A stretch of DNA of 64,000 nucleotides from the human T2T-CHM13v2.0 reference genome, Homo sapiens: assembly GCF_009914755.1 (NCBI RefSeq), contig NC_060931.1; one strand, written 5' to 3'. A program made the translations under genes and the position numbers. The stretch's first letter is position 1. Each line of letters opens with the position of its first letter. The notes beneath the pieces were generated by a model that was not told where the DNA came from, ran no database searches, and saw only the letters and a program-made list of their open reading frames with translations. Positions 58,001 through 64,000 of the stretch are shown in pieces.

Positions 58001-59314
58001 AAAATGAAACTGGAGAAATTAATGGGGTTATGAACATAAGCTTTGTCCTAGTTCACTTTTGCACAGTCTTTAGAGGATTCCCTGGGAGTAAACACCCGTA
58101 ATTAATTCCCAAGTAAAAGAAAGAAAGAAAATTTTTTCCACTTACTGCCTTTGTTGTCCTTTGTCCATGCGTTGAAGTCAAAGGGCTGTTCTGTTCTTAC
58201 CTAGCTCCAGGTTGCCCTCCAGATTAGGGATAAATGTGAGCAGCAAGAAGCATGTTCACTTTGTAACTGTACCAGGAGCAGCCCATCACACTGATGCTAG
58301 AGAGCCAGTCAAGACACAGCACTAAACTTCAGCATGAGAGCACAGAATCTATTACCCCTGAGGCTCTACCATTTCACCTACACCTGGGCGGATCTATCAG
58401 GCTTCATCTCTATTAGAGCTATTTGACTCTGTGGTTTAAAAGGGAGGAGAAAAAAAAAAAAAGGAGGCTTGCCGTTGTCACACTTGTTTCCTATTAAAGA
58501 GCCTTACGGTGGATTGAGTAATTGTGTACGAAGGTAGTCTGGCTGGCAGATGTGTGCAGCCCCAGCGGAGCACTAGATTCAAGGCAGATGGGTTGTACCA
58601 GGGCGCAAACAACATTGAGAGAGAGAGAGGCGTGATTAAAACAGCAGGCCTCTGTTTTATAGTGCTGGAAGTGGGGTAGCATTAAAACTCCTAGGAGACA
58701 GAGTTTCCCGAATGGTATTGCTCTGTAGCAAAGAAAACAATAAATTCAATAAAAAAGAAAGATTCTCAAACTACAATAGTTATAGAGATATTTTTAATAA
58801 TCACTTTAACTATTAATGAGGGGCTAAATAATGCACCCTTTCCCCAATACCCTAACTGAACTTAATTAAAACTACTCAATCATGGGTCATAGTGGGTTAT
58901 TGATAGTGTTAACGTGATGGATTTGAAACAGATCCTTCATTCTGCTGCATAAGCCAAGTTATCTTTTTAATCTGAATTAAATTGCTTTAAGGAGATTTAC
59001 ACTGTCAGGCAGATTGACATTCTGCAATTGGACATTTATTTTAATGTTCTTGAAGCCAATTTTTATGGAAAATGTCATCATCTAGGTATTTCTGTATATT
59101 ACTTATTATCTCAGGCACCTTAACCCGTGAAAACTTCAGGGTTTTCTGTGTCACCACTCTTTTTCACAAGAAAACAAATGCATAAGTAATCAGAATGAGT
59201 ATAATTAACTTCCAAAAATCAGGCCGTTGGATCTATTTTCCTTTGTTGCTGAGAGCTATTTTCCTGTGTTAAACAGTGTGCGACTACTATTGTTAATCAT
59301 GATGATGATGGTAA

Positions 59315-59530
59315 CTGAACAGTTGCTACATGACAAACTATGTAATGAGCATTACACACATCATCTCTTTTGAGTCCTACAAGGACACTGTAAGGTCAAT
59401 ATTACTATTATTATCACTTTTTTTTCTTTTTAACAAATGAGGGAGTCTCTGAGAGGTTACTGTACCCAAGGTTATGGTTTTGTTATGGTTGGAAGCAGGA
59501 TTCAATTTGATTTGCCTCTAGAATTCTCAC
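59315..59530. mobile_element. Probable MIR relic
   Basis: TTACACACATCATCTC...CCTACAAG...ACAAATGAGGGAG...GAGAGGTTA...CCCAAGG MIR-like layout; boundaries approximate. Confidence 0.55.
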
Positions 59531-61787
59531 TCTTCCCCATGTCAGACAGTCTCCATGAAGAATAATTTTTATCCAGCACAGAATCAAATGATTATCATTG
59601 ATTTATTTTATAAGAAAATAAAAAATAAACTCCTATTCATATGGATAATTATAATTTAGAAGTGGATACTCTAACTTCATGTGCCCAAACTGGTAGTAGA
59701 AATATAGTCTAGTCTACTGATAAAAGTGTAGACTCGTGATAGAGGGACCCATCAAGTTAAGAAGTACCTAAGCACTTATATTTTTAAAATAGTTTATTAG
59801 AACTTTTTTATAATGAAAATCTCTTGAGCAAATGTTTCTTTAATATCCCTAATTCCTTTGTAGCAAACTTGAAGAAATAAGTACAGGATTAAACATTAAA
59901 AATTATCAATCAATTTTCCATGTTTCCATAAGTTGTCCAAAATTAATTCATTGTTTGATTAAAAATTTGTATTATCCTTTTCAGATTTTACCATTTCTCT
60001 GTAAATAATTACTTTATTCTAACAGAAGCTTATTTTACTCATCAGTAAAATAATATAATTCAGCAGACTAAAAAGAAAAAACCTCATTTCACTCCTGGAA
60101 ACAAAAAAGACAAGAAAATAATTATTTTAAAAACTATGTTAAACTTCAATAAAAACTGTATTTAAATTATGAGACTAACATTTATTGAAAATTATAAAAG
60201 TTAAACAACAATATAAAAGTCTGATTTTTAAATAATTGCATTGTCTTATTCTGTATGGCAGATCACACTAGCATACATATCTTTTGCCCTCTGATTTTGG
60301 ATATTTACAATAATCACACTAAACAATTAGAAAAGTGTTCTCTCTGGTCATTCCATCTAAAAAAAGGAATAAGAACAAAAAAGCTTCAGAATGCAAAATC
60401 ATTTTTAAGGGAAATATTAAAAGGTTAGAAAGGAGAATATTAATGTGTGGGAAAAATGGGGATAAGATATGAAGGAAAAGACAGATGGAAGCAAAGAACA
60501 GAGATAACAGAACCCAAGAAAAAAATAAATAAACAGATTGTGATTTCAGTGTACCCCAAGGGGCCAATGCAATTTGAAGAGATCTAAATGGTTCATAAAT
60601 ATCATTTGTATATAGCTATGGTATGAGAAGAGGGTCTCTTTAACAATGTCTGGTTATTTTAGAGAGTGTTTGTGTATAAGTGCATGTAATTTCATATCCT
60701 AAAGACATTACAATCATGTGTTGATATTCAAGTTTCAGAAATCATACCACCGGATGAGCACAAAATTACCTGTAGAAATATTATATAGGAGAGCAATTTA
60801 TCATAACTTTCTTTAATTGGATTTAAGTAAATTAGGTTGAAGTTTCTGGCTATCTGAACTCTCTGTTAGGAAATTTAGCATTTTCAGATTTCAAAAATTT
60901 TCATTGGAAAAACAAACAAAACTTCTTCATTTTCATGGTTTCACATAATTTGCTATGAAGACTTTCATTGTGAGATTTTTTTTCTGTCTTAGTTGAAAAT
61001 GAAACATATTGGAAACATCCCAAGAAAAAAATATCCTGGGGAGTTTCCAGTCTAACTTTTATACCAAAGTTTGGATAAGATTTAGAGAAGCATACAGTTT
61101 CTTTGTTTTGATTTATATCTAGGTTTTTTTTCCCAACCCATCATACAAGCCTATTCACAAGGGGGTCCTCTTTAACAAATGCTGTCTAATTTATGAACTA
61201 ATGATTCAATGCTTGCTAGTTTTTCTTTTACCTGTAGGAAGGCAAAAATCAAAATTTCCCCAACACACGTCTAGCTGGCCACATCATTCCTGATTTGGAC
61301 CTGCCTTCAATTGCATATGTTTATTCCCATTCTATTAACTCACAAATTCCCCTTTAGTTTTACTAATGGAGACTATGGCAGTGGTTGTGGTGTTTGTGAA
61401 GTTGTTATTAATAAGATTCTTTTAACAAACTTCAATATGGTCTGTCATTTCCAATTAAATATCAAAGTAGTTTGCTGAAATGATGTACAAATATTTCTCC
61501 TTAATAAATATGTTCAACTATTTATGATATGTCATTGAAACAAAAATTTAGGGCTCTTTTAATAATCTGGTTTAAGACTTGATTCTCTTTTAAACATGTG
61601 TCTTGCTTTGATCAAGCTTTTGAAGTCCAAATGGTAAATAATTTTAGTTCCAAGTCACTTATTTCTGAAATTAAGGTAATGGAAAAACAGCATGATGATC
61701 CCTAGTATCAAACCGGCATTTCTGAAAACAATGTTTCAGCTCCTAAATGTAAACACACTTGATATAAATTCCTTTAAAAAAAGTTGC

Positions 61788-62087
<300 letters not shown>

Positions 62088-62648
62088 TCTTTCCATATTT
62101 TGATGCTTTTTCACTCCACAGTTTCAATTTTGTGCCTCATTAATCCAAGGATATAAAACATGTGGAGTTCCTTAAAGCACAGGGTTCACTGTCTCTTTTA
62201 CAGATATATCTTCTTCCCATTGTGGTTTATTGGAGTGAGATTGTATGTAAGGTGAAGATAAAACAGAGTTTTGTGTTTTTGCTGATTCACCAGCTTTAGA
62301 AAATGGGACTGAAATGTTACTTTACATTGTTGTTGATTCACCAACTCTAAAATATATCATGCAATGGGCAGAGAAAGTAAAAATTTAGGTACCAGACCAT
62401 TAATATTATATTAATATTATGATATTACATTAATAGGATAAGCTATCAATAGAAAAAGATTGGATAGGATTGTAGAAAAATATATATTTCTATGAGCAGA
62501 TCTGATAAAACTGTACAGAGATTTGCCAGTTGGGTATGAATAATCAAGAATTCAACAAATATTTGGGGTAACTACTTTTATGAGGCTAGGCATGATTTAT
62601 ATAATTTTATGATATGAAAATATTTCCAATATTGGTTCTCTTCTCCTA

Positions 62649-62713
62649 TTAGGTTGGTGCAAGAGTAATCACGGTTTTTGTTATTAAAAAGTAAGAAGTT
62701 TTTTACAATCTAA
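62649..62713. mobile_element. Partial MADE1 (Hsmar1-derived MITE)
   Basis: TA followed by TTAGGTTGGTGCAAGAGTAATCACGGTTTTTG matches the Hsmar1 TIR; right arm largely lost. Confidence 0.8.
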
Positions 62714-64000
62714 TATTAGATCTTAAATATCATCCTAAAAAATAATCTGGCCAAGGTAAAAACATTCTCTCCAAAAATTTTATTACAATAAAAATGCTAG
62801 TGATCTAGGAGGAGGATAAAATGCACCAAATTAAATATTTTTAGAACTTATTATTTATTCTCTGTATTAGTTTAGGACATTAGCTAATGGTAGTCTGGTG
62901 TAGTATACTTTTCAAAGGACAAGCTGCATCAGGGAATAATTTCTTTGGGGAATATGAATAGTATGGGTTGTCAAAAGTGGTACAGGTGGTGTGATCAAAA
63001 AGGCTCCAGGTTGAAGTCCTTAAAACCATAAATCCCCATGAGGTGACCAAGCCAAGGAAAGTTATTATTTAAAAAAGATACATTTGAGTGAGTTCAAAAT
63101 TAGGCAACTTTTGGGGGTGGGGGACAGAGGGATAGAGGAAAATTTAAAGGAAAGAGGTCTCAAAAAAGTTCTGCCAACTTTACAATTTTGCCTTGGCCAA
63201 CACTGGGAAATATGTAAGATAATATGTAAAATAACTGGAGACTATTTGTGAGCCAGTTAATCAAAACACTAAAACTCTTGCATAAAAATTATTTTACCAT
63301 GTTTTCAAGATTTGCTAGACAATTTTTAATTTAGCTATCACTGATACATAACAAGGCCTAATGTCTGACCTCAACATTTTACAAACTATTGGGGATGAAA
63401 ATATACACATAAAACAAATTAAATAATATTTCATTTCAAGAATGATATATACAGCATATTTAATAAAAAGTCAGAAAATGTGAGTTCAATATGGATTGCA
63501 TGAATTCATAAGTACTCAAGGACTTTGGTTCAGAAATGATGACAAAAGTTGTCTGTGTCATATAGAAGGTTTAATTTGGGGAATCATGAATAAATGTGGG
63601 AAGGGCAAGATTGTGTAGAACAAAGAAACACTGTTAGAAGTTTTCTGGTAAGTGTCTGGCATGATAAATATCATGTTTGGGAAAGATTAATTGGAAGGGA
63701 TTAGCAAAATGCAAGACTGCTTTTGAGGCTGCTGCAATAACTCAGGCACTGACCTACTTTCCTGATTTGATCGTCGCTTTTCCCTCAGCATAAAAGTATC
63801 CCTGCAGACTGATACACTCTAGTCCTTGTAGCATTCCATTCTCATTTCTACTCCCATGTTTATGCCACGTGCTTGCAGTTCACTGGAAAGGATAGGATTT
63901 AAAAACAGTCTTTGACCCAAATCCTGATTCCACCACTTAATAGTAATTTAACTTCCCTAATCCTATTCAATAAATGGAATTGCAACACCTACTTTTGAAG

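Overview
This is AT-rich primate (very likely human) non-coding genomic DNA, intergenic or deep intronic. No protein-coding gene, RNA gene or CRISPR array can be supported; I cannot name the locus from sequence alone. The longer ORFs in the track are by-products of Alu, L1, HSMAR2 or MER52 sequence. Bases 1-17 kb are a dense stack of nested transposons: an L1P ORF2 fragment; a long old L1M carrying a near-full-length HSMAR2 mariner (itself holding two Alus), further Alus and a MER52 solo LTR; and an antisense L1 3' piece split by an ERVL-type LTR. Bases 17-64 kb are mostly unique sequence with scattered Alus (17 in the whole window, including a young AluYe5-type copy), L2/MIR relics, a THE1 LTR, a partial MADE1 and microsatellites. 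Three signals deserve follow-up. (i) Several perfect short inverted repeats look like replication template-switch scars, one inside L1 where the ancestral state can be tested. (ii) A chain of minus-strand exon-like segments starts at a G-rich patch near 40.8 kb and can be spliced into a 102-aa ORF (speculative). (iii) A repeat-poor, homeodomain-motif-rich block at about 55.9-59.3 kb resembles conserved enhancers. I found no convincing evidence of a new biological system. Repeat subfamily calls are from memory of consensus sequences and need RepeatMasker/Dfam confirmation.
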